This document shows, in pieces, positions 49,903-58,563 of a DNA stretch of 64,000 bases. How positions within the stretch are numbered: position 1 is the stretch's first letter; each line of letters starts with the position of its first letter. Both the position numbers and the translations under genes were made by a program. The notes beneath the pieces are model-generated. The model was not told the origin of the DNA. It saw nothing but the letters and a program-made list of their open reading frames with translations, and ran no database searches. This DNA is from Candidatus Limnocylindrales bacterium (GTDB lineage Bacteria; Chloroflexota; Limnocylindria; Limnocylindrales; CSP1-4). The stretch spans positions 133 to 64,132 of the forward strand of contig JBBRRZ010000016.1 of NCBI GenBank assembly GCA_038245845.1. Reading direction: 5' to 3'.

Positions 49903-51804
49903 GTGACCCGCTTCCAGAAGCTCGCCATCGCCACCGTCGTCACGACGATCCTGCTCGTGACGGTAGGCGTCATCGTGCGTGCCACCGGGTCCGGCATGGG
50001 CTGCCCGGACTGGCCCCTCTGTCACGGCCAGCTCATCCCGCCGGTCGACGACTACAAGGCCTGGCTCGAGTGGATCCACCGGACGATCGCGGCGGTCATC
50101 GGGTTCATGATCCTCGGCCTCGCGGTGCTCGCGTGGCGGGACCACCGGGACCGGCCGTCCATCCTGTGGCCGACGATCGGCGCCGTGCTCCTCGTGGGCT
50201 TCCAGGCGTGGCTCGGCCGCGAGACGGTCCGTCTCAACAACTCCGGCGAGTCGGTCACGGCGCATCTCGCCTCTGCGATGGCGCTGCTGGGCCTGCTCGT
50301 GTTCGTCACCGTGCGTGCCTTCTACCCCGCGCGCATCGAGGGCCGGGGCGTCAGCCAGCGGTTCACCCTCCTCGCCGCCTTCTCGGCCGTCGCCACCTAC
50401 GCGCTGCTCCTGTTCGGGTCGCACGTCACCGCCACCAACTCGGCACTCGTGTTCCCGGACTGGCCGCTCATGAACGGAACGCTCATCCCCGTCGGCTCCG
50501 CGACCGATGCCGCTGTCCGCCCGCTGTACGAGGCGCACGCGCTCCACCGGTACGTGGCGGTCGTCGTCGGCCTCATCACGTGGGCGACCGCGTTCGCGGC
50601 CTGGCGGACCCAGCGGCACCACCCGACGATCGTGCGGCTGGCTGTCGCGGTCGCGGTGCTGTTCCCGCTCCAGGCGCTCGTCGGCGGCCTGCAGGTCCTG
50701 ACGCGCCTCGACGAGTGGACGCAGACGCTCCACCTGGCGTTCGGCGCGCTGATCTGGACGTTCGCCGCAGCGCTCGCGGTCACGGCCTACTACGAGGCAC
50801 GCGTTGCCCGGATCGCGGTCGCGGGCGTCGAGGATGCCGGGACTGCCGGGGGCGCCGCGGGACCCGGCGACGGGAGCGGGCCCGCGACCCGGACGCGAGG
50901 CGAGACGGTCCGCGCCTATGTCGCGCTGACCAAGCCCCGGATCATCGAGCTGCTCCTCATCACGACGATCCCGGCGATGGTCCTCGCGACCCGGGACCTG
51001 CCCGGCATGGACCTCCCCGAATGGCTCCGGCTGGCGTTCTGGACCCTGCTCGGCGGATCGCTGGCGGCGGGCTCCGCGAACGCGATCAACCAGTACCTGG
51101 ACCGCGACATCGACCTGCTGATGAGCCGCACGCGCAAGCGGCCCCTGCCCGCCAACGACGTCCCGCCCGAGAACGCGGTGGTGTTCGGGATCGTGCTCGG
51201 CATCATCTCGATCGCGCTGATGGCGGTGTTCGTGAACCTCGTGGCCGCGTTCCTGACGCTGCTGGCGATCGCGTTCTACGTCTTCGTCTACACGCTGATG
51301 CTCAAACGGACGACGACCCAGAACATCGTCATCGGAGGCGCGGCCGGGGCGCTGCCGCCGGTCATCGGCTGGGCGGCAGTCACCGGGCGCATCGAGATCC
51401 CGGCGCTGCTGCTGTTCGCCCTCGTCTTCTACTGGACGCCGCCCCATTTCTGGGCGCTGGCGCTGCGGATCCGCAAGGACTACGAGGCGGCGAAGGTCCC
51501 CATGCTCCCGGTGGTCCGCGGCGTGCCCGAGACCGCGCGCCAGATCGGGCTGTACACGATCCTTCTCGTGGCGATCAGCCTCCTGTTCTTCGCCGTCGCG
51601 AAGATGGGCGTGATCTATCTCGGGGCGGCCGTGATCCTCGGGGCGATCTTCCTGTGGCGGGCGTACGGGCTGTGGCGCCAGTCGGACTCGCCGGAGGGAT
51701 CGCTCGCGCAGGCGATCCGCCTGTACAGGTACTCGATCAGCTACCTGACCCTGCTGTTCGTCGCCGTCGCGGTGGACAGCCTCGTGGTCGGCAGGCTCTC
51801 CTGA
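49903..51804 (+). CDS. ctaB: Fused heme A synthase (CtaA/COX15) and heme O synthase (CtaB/CyoE)
   Basis: CtaA: GMGCPDWPLC, EWIHR and conserved His; CtaB: LTKPRII.LLL, NQYLDRDID..M.RT..RP, YT..LKR.T, FYWTPPHFWAL. Confidence 0.93.
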   Translation: MTRFQKLAIATVVTTILLVTVGVIVRATGSGMGCPDWPLCHGQLIPPVDDYKAWLEWIHRTIAAVIGFMILGLAVLAWRDHRDRPSILWPTIGAVLLVGFQAWLGRETVRLNNSGESVTAHLASAMALLGLLVFVTVRAFYPARIEGRGVSQRFTLLAAFSAVATYALLLFGSHVTATNSALVFPDWPLMNGTLIPVGSATDAAVRPLYEAHALHRYVAVVVGLITWATAFAAWRTQRHHPTIVRLAVAVAVLFPLQALVGGLQVLTRLDEWTQTLHLAFGALIWTFAAALAVTAYYEARVARIAVAGVEDAGTAGGAAGPGDGSGPATRTRGETVRAYVALTKPRIIELLLITTIPAMVLATRDLPGMDLPEWLRLAFWTLLGGSLAAGSANAINQYLDRDIDLLMSRTRKRPLPANDVPPENAVVFGIVLGIISIALMAVFVNLVAAFLTLLAIAFYVFVYTLMLKRTTTQNIVIGGAAGALPPVIGWAAVTGRIEIPALLLFALVFYWTPPHFWALALRIRKDYEAAKVPMLPVVRGVPETARQIGLYTILLVAISLLFFAVAKMGVIYLGAAVILGAIFLWRAYGLWRQSDSPEGSLAQAIRLYRYSISYLTLLFVAVAVDSLVVGRLS

Positions 51805-51821
51805 GCGGAGGACCGGGGCCA

Positions 51822-52490
51822 ATGCGCGGGCAGGCGACGGCGGCCCGGGGCGACCACGACACGGCCGCGACGATCACGGCTGCGGTCCAGCGTCGCGTGG
51901 CGGCGCGCGTGACGATCGGCACGATCATCCTCGTGGCGTGCATCGCCGGTCTCCTGGCCTCGACCCTCGGCGCGGTTCTCCGGCCGGCGCCGGTCCTTGC
52001 CTCGTGCGCGGCTGCACCAGCACCAGTCGACGAGGCGGTCCTGCTGGGCGACGTCGTGTTCGTGGGCACCGTGCTCCGGACGGACAACCAGGGTCGCTGG
52101 GCCACCGTCCGGGTCGAGGAGCGATGGAAGGGGAGCCGCGACCTCGCGGACACCGTGGAGGTCCGGGGCGGCCCGGAGCCCGGCGCGGCGACCTCGGTCG
52201 ACCGGACGTACTCGTCGGGTCGGTACCTGTTCATCGTGGAGCCAGGTGTCGGCGGGCTGCTGGCCGACAGCGCGTGCACGGGGACGCAGCCGTGGACGGA
52301 TGCGCTCGCGGCATTCCGACCGGCTGGCGTGCCGCCCGCGGCCGTGGCGCTGCCGACGGACCCGCTGGGCTCGCTCGACCCGGTCACGATCGCCGTGATC
52401 GCGGGGCTCGGGGTCGCGCTCCTCACTGCCATCGTCGCCTACCTGTGGGTGCTCCGGTCGCGGCGCCGACCGCCCGACTGGATCCGCTAG
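51822..52490 (+). CDS. TIMP/NTR-like secreted domain with C-terminal TM anchor
   Basis: ASC after the signal; DVVFVGTV, ATVRVEERWKG, YLF, C; TM then RSRRRP. Confidence 0.7.
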   Translation: MRGQATAARGDHDTAATITAAVQRRVAARVTIGTIILVACIAGLLASTLGAVLRPAPVLASCAAAPAPVDEAVLLGDVVFVGTVLRTDNQGRWATVRVEERWKGSRDLADTVEVRGGPEPGAATSVDRTYSSGRYLFIVEPGVGGLLADSACTGTQPWTDALAAFRPAGVPPAAVALPTDPLGSLDPVTIAVIAGLGVALLTAIVAYLWVLRSRRRPPDWIR

Positions 52491-52505
52491 CCCGACGTCG
52501 TCGGG

Positions 52506-53171
52506 CTACTCGCCCAGCGACCCCCGGGCCTCGAGCGCCGCCCGTCGCCGCTTTGACACCCGGCCCTCGCGGTCGAAGACCCGCAGCGCGACCTGGACGA
52601 GCGGCCCGATCCCGAGCGCAAAGACCACGGTTCCGAGGCCGATCGTCCCGCCGAACAGCCACCCGAGCACGAGAACCACGAGCTCGATGGACGTGCGGGC
52701 GCGCCGGATCGACCAGCCGAACCGGATGTGGAGCCCGGTCATGAGGCCGTCGCGCGGTCCCGGCCCGAGGTCGGATGCGAGATAGAGGCCGCTGCCGATG
52801 GCGATCGTGACGATCCCGGCGAGCATCATCAGCAGCTGGAGCGGCTGGCCGGACGCCGGCGGGATGACGGCCATCGCGACGTTCGTCGCCGTGCCGATGA
52901 GCGCGATGTTCAGGATCGTGCCGACGCCGGGACGCTCACCCAGCGGGTACCAGACGGCGAGGATCGGGACGCCCAGGAGGATGCTCACGGTCCCCAGCTG
53001 GAGGCCCGTCAGGTGCGCAATGCCCTGGTGGAAGACCTCCCACGGGCCGAGGCCCAGGCCCGCCTCCGCCATGAGCCCGATGCCGACGCCGAACAGGACG
53101 AGCCCGACGAGGAGGCCCGGGAGCCGCGGGAGGACGGCCGCCGGCGACCAGCGGGAGGTGGCAACGGGCAT
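52506..53171 (-). CDS. YczE/YyaS/YitT family membrane protein
   Basis: LGLGPW.VFHQG, GPGPRDGLM, RT.IE, GTIG.GT. Confidence 0.88.
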   Translation of the reverse strand: MPVATSRWSPAAVLPRLPGLLVGLVLFGVGIGLMAEAGLGLGPWEVFHQGIAHLTGLQLGTVSILLGVPILAVWYPLGERPGVGTILNIALIGTATNVAMAVIPPASGQPLQLLMMLAGIVTIAIGSGLYLASDLGPGPRDGLMTGLHIRFGWSIRRARTSIELVVLVLGWLFGGTIGLGTVVFALGIGPLVQVALRVFDREGRVSKRRRAALEARGSLGE

Positions 53172-53326
53172 CGACCGATGGTACCGGGCGGCGAGTCCGC
53201 GGGCGCTGCATGCCCTCGCCGTCGCCGGTGTCCGGCGCCACGCCGGCCGTTGGCATGCGTCGCCGTGATGCACCGAACATCACACGCGCACACCGCAGTT
53301 CGCCGGTGTATGGCACGATCCGGTGC

Positions 53327-54883
53327 ATGGAACTGACGTTTCTCGGCGGTGCGCGCACGGTCACCGGTTCACGTCACCTCATCGACACCGGCCGGGCCCG
53401 CGTCCTGGTCGACTGCGGCATGTTCCAGGGAGGGCCGGACGAGACGCTGCGCAATCGTGTCCCGCTGGGCTTCGACCCGAAGACGGTCGACGCGGTCGTC
53501 CTCACGCACGCCCACCTCGACCACTGCGGCCTGCTGCCGCTGCTCGTCGCCGAGGGCTTCCGGGGCCAGATCGTGTGTACGGCCGCCACGGCAGAGCTTG
53601 CCCGCCTCGTGCTGCTGGACTCGGCGAAGCTCCAGGTGGAGTTTGCGAAGCGCGACGTCCGGCGCGCGAAGCACGACCCCGAACGCGCCGCGTCCGATGA
53701 CGCCCGCGACGCTCGCGGCTTCCAGGAGGTGCTCCACCTCGCCGTGACGGGTGCCGCGTCGCCGGGCGGCCCGGACCCGGAGGACCTCCTCCGCGCGGCG
53801 GGCCCCGAGGTGACGCTGGACCTCGACGGGCCGCTGTACACCGAGGACGAGGTCAACCTTACGCTGGGCCTGCTTCGGCCGATCCCGTACGCCACGGAGT
53901 ACGAGGCCGCCCAGGGCGTGCACATCACCCTCCTCGATGCCGGCCACATCCTCGGATCCGCGAGTGTGCGGATGCGACTGACGCGACCCGGCGGCGGCCG
54001 CGACACGATCGTCGTGTTCTCCGGGGACCTCGGTCGGCCTGGCACGCCGATCCTGCGCGACCCGACCGCGATCACGGACGCGGACTTCGTCCTGTGCGAG
54101 TCCACGTACGGCGGCCGCGAGCACGAGGCGGCCGACATCGCCGTGAACAAGCTCGCCGAAGTCGTCAACGAGACGGTCCGCCGCAAGGGCGTCCTGCTCA
54201 TCCCGTCCTTCGCGATCGGGCGCACGCAGGAGATCGTGTGGGAGCTCAGCCGGCTGCTCGATGCCGGGCGCATCCCGCAGGTACCGCTGTACCTGGACTC
54301 GCCGATGGCCAAGGGGGCATCGGAGATCTACCGGTCCCATCCCGAGGCGTACGACGAGGAGACGGCCGCCATCCTGCGTGCCCACGAGGCGCCGCTCGAC
54401 TTCCCGGGCCAGCACGTGGTCCAGAATCTCCAGGAGTCGCAGGCAATCGAGCGGGCGGCGCCGCCGTACATCGTCGTGGCGTCGAACGGGATGCTGACCG
54501 GCGGGCGATCCGTCGGCCACGCGGAGCGGCTGCTGGGCGACCCGTCGGCGACGGTCCTGTTCGTCGGCTACCAGGGGGAGGGGACGCTGGGCGGCCACCT
54601 GGTGCGGGGCACGGACAGCGCGCGCATCGCGGGCAAGCAGATCAAGGTCCGGGCGACGATCCGGTCGCTGGACGGGTTCTCCGCCCACTCCGACGAGCCG
54701 GAGCTGCTGGCGTGGCTCGGCAACTTCATCGGCGGCCGCGCAGCGGGCGATCCCGGGGTGCCCAAGACGGTCTTCCTCGTGCACGGTGACCCGCCCGCAC
54801 AGGAGGCGCTCTCGCCCAAGGTCGCGTCGCTCGGGTTCGGGGTCGAGGTGCCGGCCTGGCTCCAGACGGTGTCGCTCGACTGA
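53327..54883 (+). CDS. MBL-fold beta-CASP ribonuclease-like hydrolase
   Basis: VTGS, DCG.FQG, THAHLDHCG, DAGHILGS, ESTYG, IPSFAIGR.QE, FSAH. Confidence 0.92.
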   Translation: MELTFLGGARTVTGSRHLIDTGRARVLVDCGMFQGGPDETLRNRVPLGFDPKTVDAVVLTHAHLDHCGLLPLLVAEGFRGQIVCTAATAELARLVLLDSAKLQVEFAKRDVRRAKHDPERAASDDARDARGFQEVLHLAVTGAASPGGPDPEDLLRAAGPEVTLDLDGPLYTEDEVNLTLGLLRPIPYATEYEAAQGVHITLLDAGHILGSASVRMRLTRPGGGRDTIVVFSGDLGRPGTPILRDPTAITDADFVLCESTYGGREHEAADIAVNKLAEVVNETVRRKGVLLIPSFAIGRTQEIVWELSRLLDAGRIPQVPLYLDSPMAKGASEIYRSHPEAYDEETAAILRAHEAPLDFPGQHVVQNLQESQAIERAAPPYIVVASNGMLTGGRSVGHAERLLGDPSATVLFVGYQGEGTLGGHLVRGTDSARIAGKQIKVRATIRSLDGFSAHSDEPELLAWLGNFIGGRAAGDPGVPKTVFLVHGDPPAQEALSPKVASLGFGVEVPAWLQTVSLD

Positions 54884-54908
54884 CCCCGGCGGCGCTCGAC
54901 TGACCCCG
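54873..54908 (+). repeat. 16-bp direct repeat duplicating the gene 3' end including its stop codon
   Basis: CGCTCGACTGACCCCG at 54873-54888 and 54893-54908. Confidence 0.8.
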
Positions 54909-54968
54909 CGGCGCGCGCGGGTCGGCGCCGACCGGCTACGATCGGGAGGCCCGAAGGAGGTTCCGCAG

Positions 54969-56258
54969 GTGGTCATCGTCACGCCCGCCGCGCCGCGCAC
55001 ACCCGCCCCCGTCCCGGCCGAGGACATCGCGCGCATCCGCGCCCCGTTCCGCAAGGCGACGCTCCTGCCGGCGATGGCGTACCACGACGAGGCCGTCTAC
55101 GCGTGGGAGAGGGACGAGATCTTCCTCCGCGACTGGATCGCCGCCGGCCGTGCGGAGGAGGTCCCGGAGCCGGGCTCGTTCGTGCTCAGGGAGCTGTTCG
55201 GCGAGCAGGTCATCCTCGTCCGCGGCCGGGACGACGTGATCCGCGCGTTCTACAACGTGTGCCGCCACCGGGGCACGGCGGTGGAGGAACGGGAGTCCGG
55301 GAAGGCCGTCCGCTTCCAGTGCCCGTACCACGCCTGGATCTACGACCTCGACGGCAGGCTCATCCGCGCCAAGCACACCGAAGACCTCGAGGACTTCAGC
55401 TTCGACACCTTCGGGCTCACCCCGATCCGGTGCGAGACGTGGGGCGGCTTCCTCTTCCTGTGCTTCGCCGGCGAGGACGTCACGCCGCCGCTCGAGGCGT
55501 ACATGGGCGACTGGTTCGAGCACCACGCAAGCTTCGGCCGTGACCTGTCGACGCTCACCCGCGCCGCGCGCCTGACCTATGACGTGGGCGCCAACTGGAA
55601 GATCGTCGCCGAGAACTACAGCGAGTGCTACCACTGCCCGGGCGTCCACCCCCTGCTCAACAAGCTCACCCCGTACGACCTGGGCGAGGACTTCCTCGCG
55701 GAGGGGCCGTGGAAGGGTGGCTGGATGGTCTTCGCGGACGGCTGCGAGACGATGTCGATGACCGGCAGGCGCGACGGCAGGCCGCTGCTCTACGCCCGCG
55801 ACGAGTCGGAGCAGCGGCGCATCTACTACTACATCCTGTGGCCCAACCTGATCGTGTCCGTCCACCCGGACTACGTGCTCACCCACCAGGCATGGCCGAC
55901 GGGCCCGAACCGGTCCACCGTCCACTGCGACCTGTACGTGGAGGCGGACCGGGCGGGGTCCATCGACGTCAGCGGTGCCGTGGAGTTCTGGGACATCACG
56001 AACCGCGAGGACTACCACGTGGTCGAGATGCAGCAGCAGGGGACGCGGTCGCGCTCATGGACCGCCGGCCGGTACTCGAACCAGGAGGCGTCGGTCCACG
56101 CGTTCGATCTCATGGTCGCCGACCGCTACGCGAACGATGGCACGCGCACGGTCCGCGGCTGGCGCACGGAGACCGCCAGCGACCGCCGCCTCGTCACTCG
56201 CACCCTCGGCCCGGCCCGGCAGGCCGAAGCCGCCGAGGCGGCCGAACCCGCCGGGTAG
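54969..56258 (+). CDS. Rieske oxygenase alpha subunit (betaine demethylase / choline monooxygenase type)
   Basis: NVCRHRG...CPYHAW; NWK...EN..ECYHC...HP; ED...E; AAGGAGG SD. Confidence 0.92.
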   Translation: MVIVTPAAPRTPAPVPAEDIARIRAPFRKATLLPAMAYHDEAVYAWERDEIFLRDWIAAGRAEEVPEPGSFVLRELFGEQVILVRGRDDVIRAFYNVCRHRGTAVEERESGKAVRFQCPYHAWIYDLDGRLIRAKHTEDLEDFSFDTFGLTPIRCETWGGFLFLCFAGEDVTPPLEAYMGDWFEHHASFGRDLSTLTRAARLTYDVGANWKIVAENYSECYHCPGVHPLLNKLTPYDLGEDFLAEGPWKGGWMVFADGCETMSMTGRRDGRPLLYARDESEQRRIYYYILWPNLIVSVHPDYVLTHQAWPTGPNRSTVHCDLYVEADRAGSIDVSGAVEFWDITNREDYHVVEMQQQGTRSRSWTAGRYSNQEASVHAFDLMVADRYANDGTRTVRGWRTETASDRRLVTRTLGPARQAEAAEAAEPAG

Positions 56259-56285
56259 CCCCAGGCCGAGGCCACGGGCGTCATC

Positions 56286-56610
56286 GCCCGTTGCTACTGG
56301 CGGCTCACGGCGGCCGGGCGTGCGGCCGCGGTCGCGGAGTTCCAACCGCCTCGAGGGCATGGTCGATCGGGCCCCAGTGGGCGACCGGGGAGGACGCGTC
56401 ATGACCCCATCCGAGCGCCTGTTTCGCGCGCTGGTCCGGCTGTGCCCCGCGAGCACCCACGATGGGTACGGCGACGACACGGCCCAGCTCTTCACCGGCC
56501 AGCTGCGCGTTGCGCGTACGCCGGCGGCGCTCGCAGGCCCTGGATCCGGACGCTCGGAGACACGGCTGTGAACGCCCCCCGGGAGCACATGCGCGCTCGA
56601 CGCATAGCGA
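56286..56610 (+). pseudogene. Decayed PadR C-terminus plus N-terminus of its partner membrane protein
   Basis: CYWRLTAAGRAAAVAE / RLEGMV, then MTPSERLFRALVRLCP....YGDD.AQLF..QL / WIRTLGD...NAPREH, with frameshifts. Confidence 0.6.
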
Positions 56611-56710
56611 GGCTGGCGGAGGGTCCGGCGGTCGTGGTCGGGCGTCCGCTGCGTGTCGATCCCACTCGACTCGGACCGATGGTGCTGGCGGCGATCGTGC
56701 TCGTGATCCC

Positions 56711-57148
56711 TCAGACGCTCGAGGCGGCGGTCGCCCCCTCCGTCACCTCGCCCTTGTGCGCCGCGAACGCGCCGAGAACCGCCTCCAGCTCTGCGGGCGG
56801 CACCCGGAAGTGGTCGAGGGTTCGGCCCAGCTCGGCCGCGACCTCGTCGAACTCCGCGGCAGTGATGCGGAGCCGCCGATGCGCTTCCTCGAGCGCCAGG
56901 GAGTTGTGCCCGGGCCGGGTGCCCCGGTAGGTGAACGGCCCACCGGCGACGTCGCAGACCCACAGGGTTCGCATGAACTTGAGGCCGGGCAGGCGGTCAA
57001 GCTGCTGCGTGTGCCACTCGCGGAGCGCCGGGTTCGGCGAGGCAACACCGACGAGCGGGTTGCGCACGATCGCGTCGCTGAAGTGGTCGACGACTGCGGC
57101 AATCGCGAAGATGCCGCCCAGCCGGTCGTAGAGTGTCGGCTCGGTCAT
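56711..57148 (-). CDS. Group I truncated hemoglobin with atypical distal pocket
   Basis: LYDRLGG..AI..VVD.F, AGGP..Y.G, proximal His in EEAH..L.IT..EF. Confidence 0.88.
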   Translation of the reverse strand: MTEPTLYDRLGGIFAIAAVVDHFSDAIVRNPLVGVASPNPALREWHTQQLDRLPGLKFMRTLWVCDVAGGPFTYRGTRPGHNSLALEEAHRRLRITAAEFDEVAAELGRTLDHFRVPPAELEAVLGAFAAHKGEVTEGATAASSV

Positions 57149-57546
57149 TCCCGAACTCCCTTCACGTCAAGGTTGGAGGTTCCGTACGAGGTCCCGTTGC
57201 CGCTGCCACACGCGGCGAGGAGTGCGATGGCGACCGGGATCCAAGGCGAGGAGCCTCGCTCGGACCCGGATGCTCCGCTCGGGGCGGGTTCGCTTGTGGT
57301 GGGGCATGCACTTGCTCCTTTCACAAACCCATACGTCGAGGGCGCGTCGGCCGGATCCGGCGGACGGCCCGCCGATGCCCGCCGCGATCCTGGCCTTCCT
57401 GATCGTCGCGCCTCGCGGACTGCACGCTATGCACCAAAGCGGGTTGCGGGCTGCGGATGGGCGAGATCCCCCGCAACTCTGCAGGCCTGTGCGGTAGCGT
57501 CCTGGATACGCGCGGGGCGCACCATGAGGCTCCAAGGAGGACGACG

Positions 57547-57591
57547 ATGCCCGACCGTGTACTGATCCATACCGGCACCGGCAAGCGCTGA
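57547..57591 (+). CDS. 14-aa micro-ORF MPDRVLIHTGTGKR (leader peptide or gene remnant)
   Basis: AAGGAGG at 57534-57540, 6 nt before ATG. Confidence 0.35.
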   Translation: MPDRVLIHTGTGKR

Positions 57592-57603
57592 GGGCCGGCT
57601 CGT

Positions 57604-57813
57604 GGAGCCACCTCTCGTCAGCAGTGACGACCTCGGGCTCCTGCCTGCGCCGGTCCGCGCATTCGGCCGGGGGGCGGACGTAACCGGGGTGTTGCGGCTT
57701 CGGGGAGTGACGAACGGCGAGGGTGCGTGAAGGATGCCAGCGGCGTGAGGCGGGTACCTGCTAGCGACGGCGACTAGCGTCGCAAGGGCAGGCAGGTCGC
57801 GTACTGGCCATCC
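57604..57813. ncRNA. Candidate structured RNA element (nested stems)
   Basis: GGAGCC/GGCTCC enclosing TCGTCA/TGACGA; GGATGCCAG/CTGGCCATCC enclosing ACCTGC/GCAGGT and GCGACG/CGTCGC. Confidence 0.25.
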
Positions 57814-57842
57814 GGCGCGCGGAGGCGGTCCGCCGGCTCGGG

Positions 57843-58235
57843 CTAGGGTCGAACCTCGATGAAGCCCGCCGCGCTGAAGTCGCCGTCGAAGGCCAGTGCC
57901 TCCCCGAGGCGCTCACGGCGCATGACGACGAAGCTCGTGGCATCGACGAACGAGTAGACCCGCTCATCGTGGCGCCGGAGCCAGGCCCGCGCCTCGCGCT
58001 CGATCCCCTCGTCGACCTGCACGACCGTAAGCCAGTCCGCGGACTCGACCGCGTCGAGGAACGCGACAGCTGGCGCGTGGCCGTCGCGACGGCGCAGGAA
58101 GGTCCAGGTCTCGCCGACGACGTGGTTCGTCGTAAGGAGCGCCTGGCCCGGCGACCACAGGCGGACCGCGTCCTCGTGGTTGGCATCACGCCGCAGCCGG
58201 AGCGCCACCCAATAGGAGGTGTCGACGAACCTCAC
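57843..58235 (-). CDS. vapC: PIN-domain toxin
   Basis: FVDTSYWVAL...D.NH, V.GET.T.L, YSFVDA.SF.VM, AFDGDF..AGF. Confidence 0.93.
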   Translation of the reverse strand: MRFVDTSYWVALRLRRDANHEDAVRLWSPGQALLTTNHVVGETWTFLRRRDGHAPAVAFLDAVESADWLTVVQVDEGIEREARAWLRRHDERVYSFVDATSFVVMRRERLGEALAFDGDFSAAGFIEVRP

Positions 58236-58444
58236 GAGCCGTAGACGGCGTCATCGACGGGTGCAGGCTCGGCATCGCTGCCGCCGATCCAGTCACGGAA
58301 CGGATCGACCATGGGCTCCGGCTCCCCGATCCAGCGTCGGACGGCGTCGCGGATGAGGGCCGCCTTGGAGGTGTGCGTCCGACGCGCCCGGGAGGCCAGC
58401 GCGTCGTCCAGCTCCTCATCGATGTAGATCTGCAGGCGCTTCAT
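58232..58444 (-). CDS. vapB: CopG/RHH antitoxin
   Basis: MKRLQIYIDEELD..L...A......SKAALIR.AV; overlaps the vapC start. Confidence 0.88.
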   Translation of the reverse strand: MKRLQIYIDEELDDALASRARRTHTSKAALIRDAVRRWIGEPEPMVDPFRDWIGGSDAEPAPVDDAVYGS

Positions 58445-58451
58445 CGCGGGA

Positions 58452-58477
58452 GTATACATCTAACGCCAGCGTATACA
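58452..58477. promoter_or_regulatory. Candidate RHH operator: two GTATAC palindromes
   Basis: GTATACA at 58452 and 58471, just upstream of the antitoxin start. Confidence 0.55.
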
Positions 58478-58563
58478 CCACGAGCACCGTCGGCCCGGGC
58501 CCCCAAGCGGCCTCGTTCGCCCGTGCCGTCGACCGGACCGTCGAGCGGGCTACTCTTTCGCTC

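Noticed and set aside
57700-57840. Possible group II intron domain V/VI, SRP RNA or known riboswitch
   Set aside because: No catalytic-triad domain V, SRP loop or known aptamer consensus is visible; kept only as an unclassified structure.
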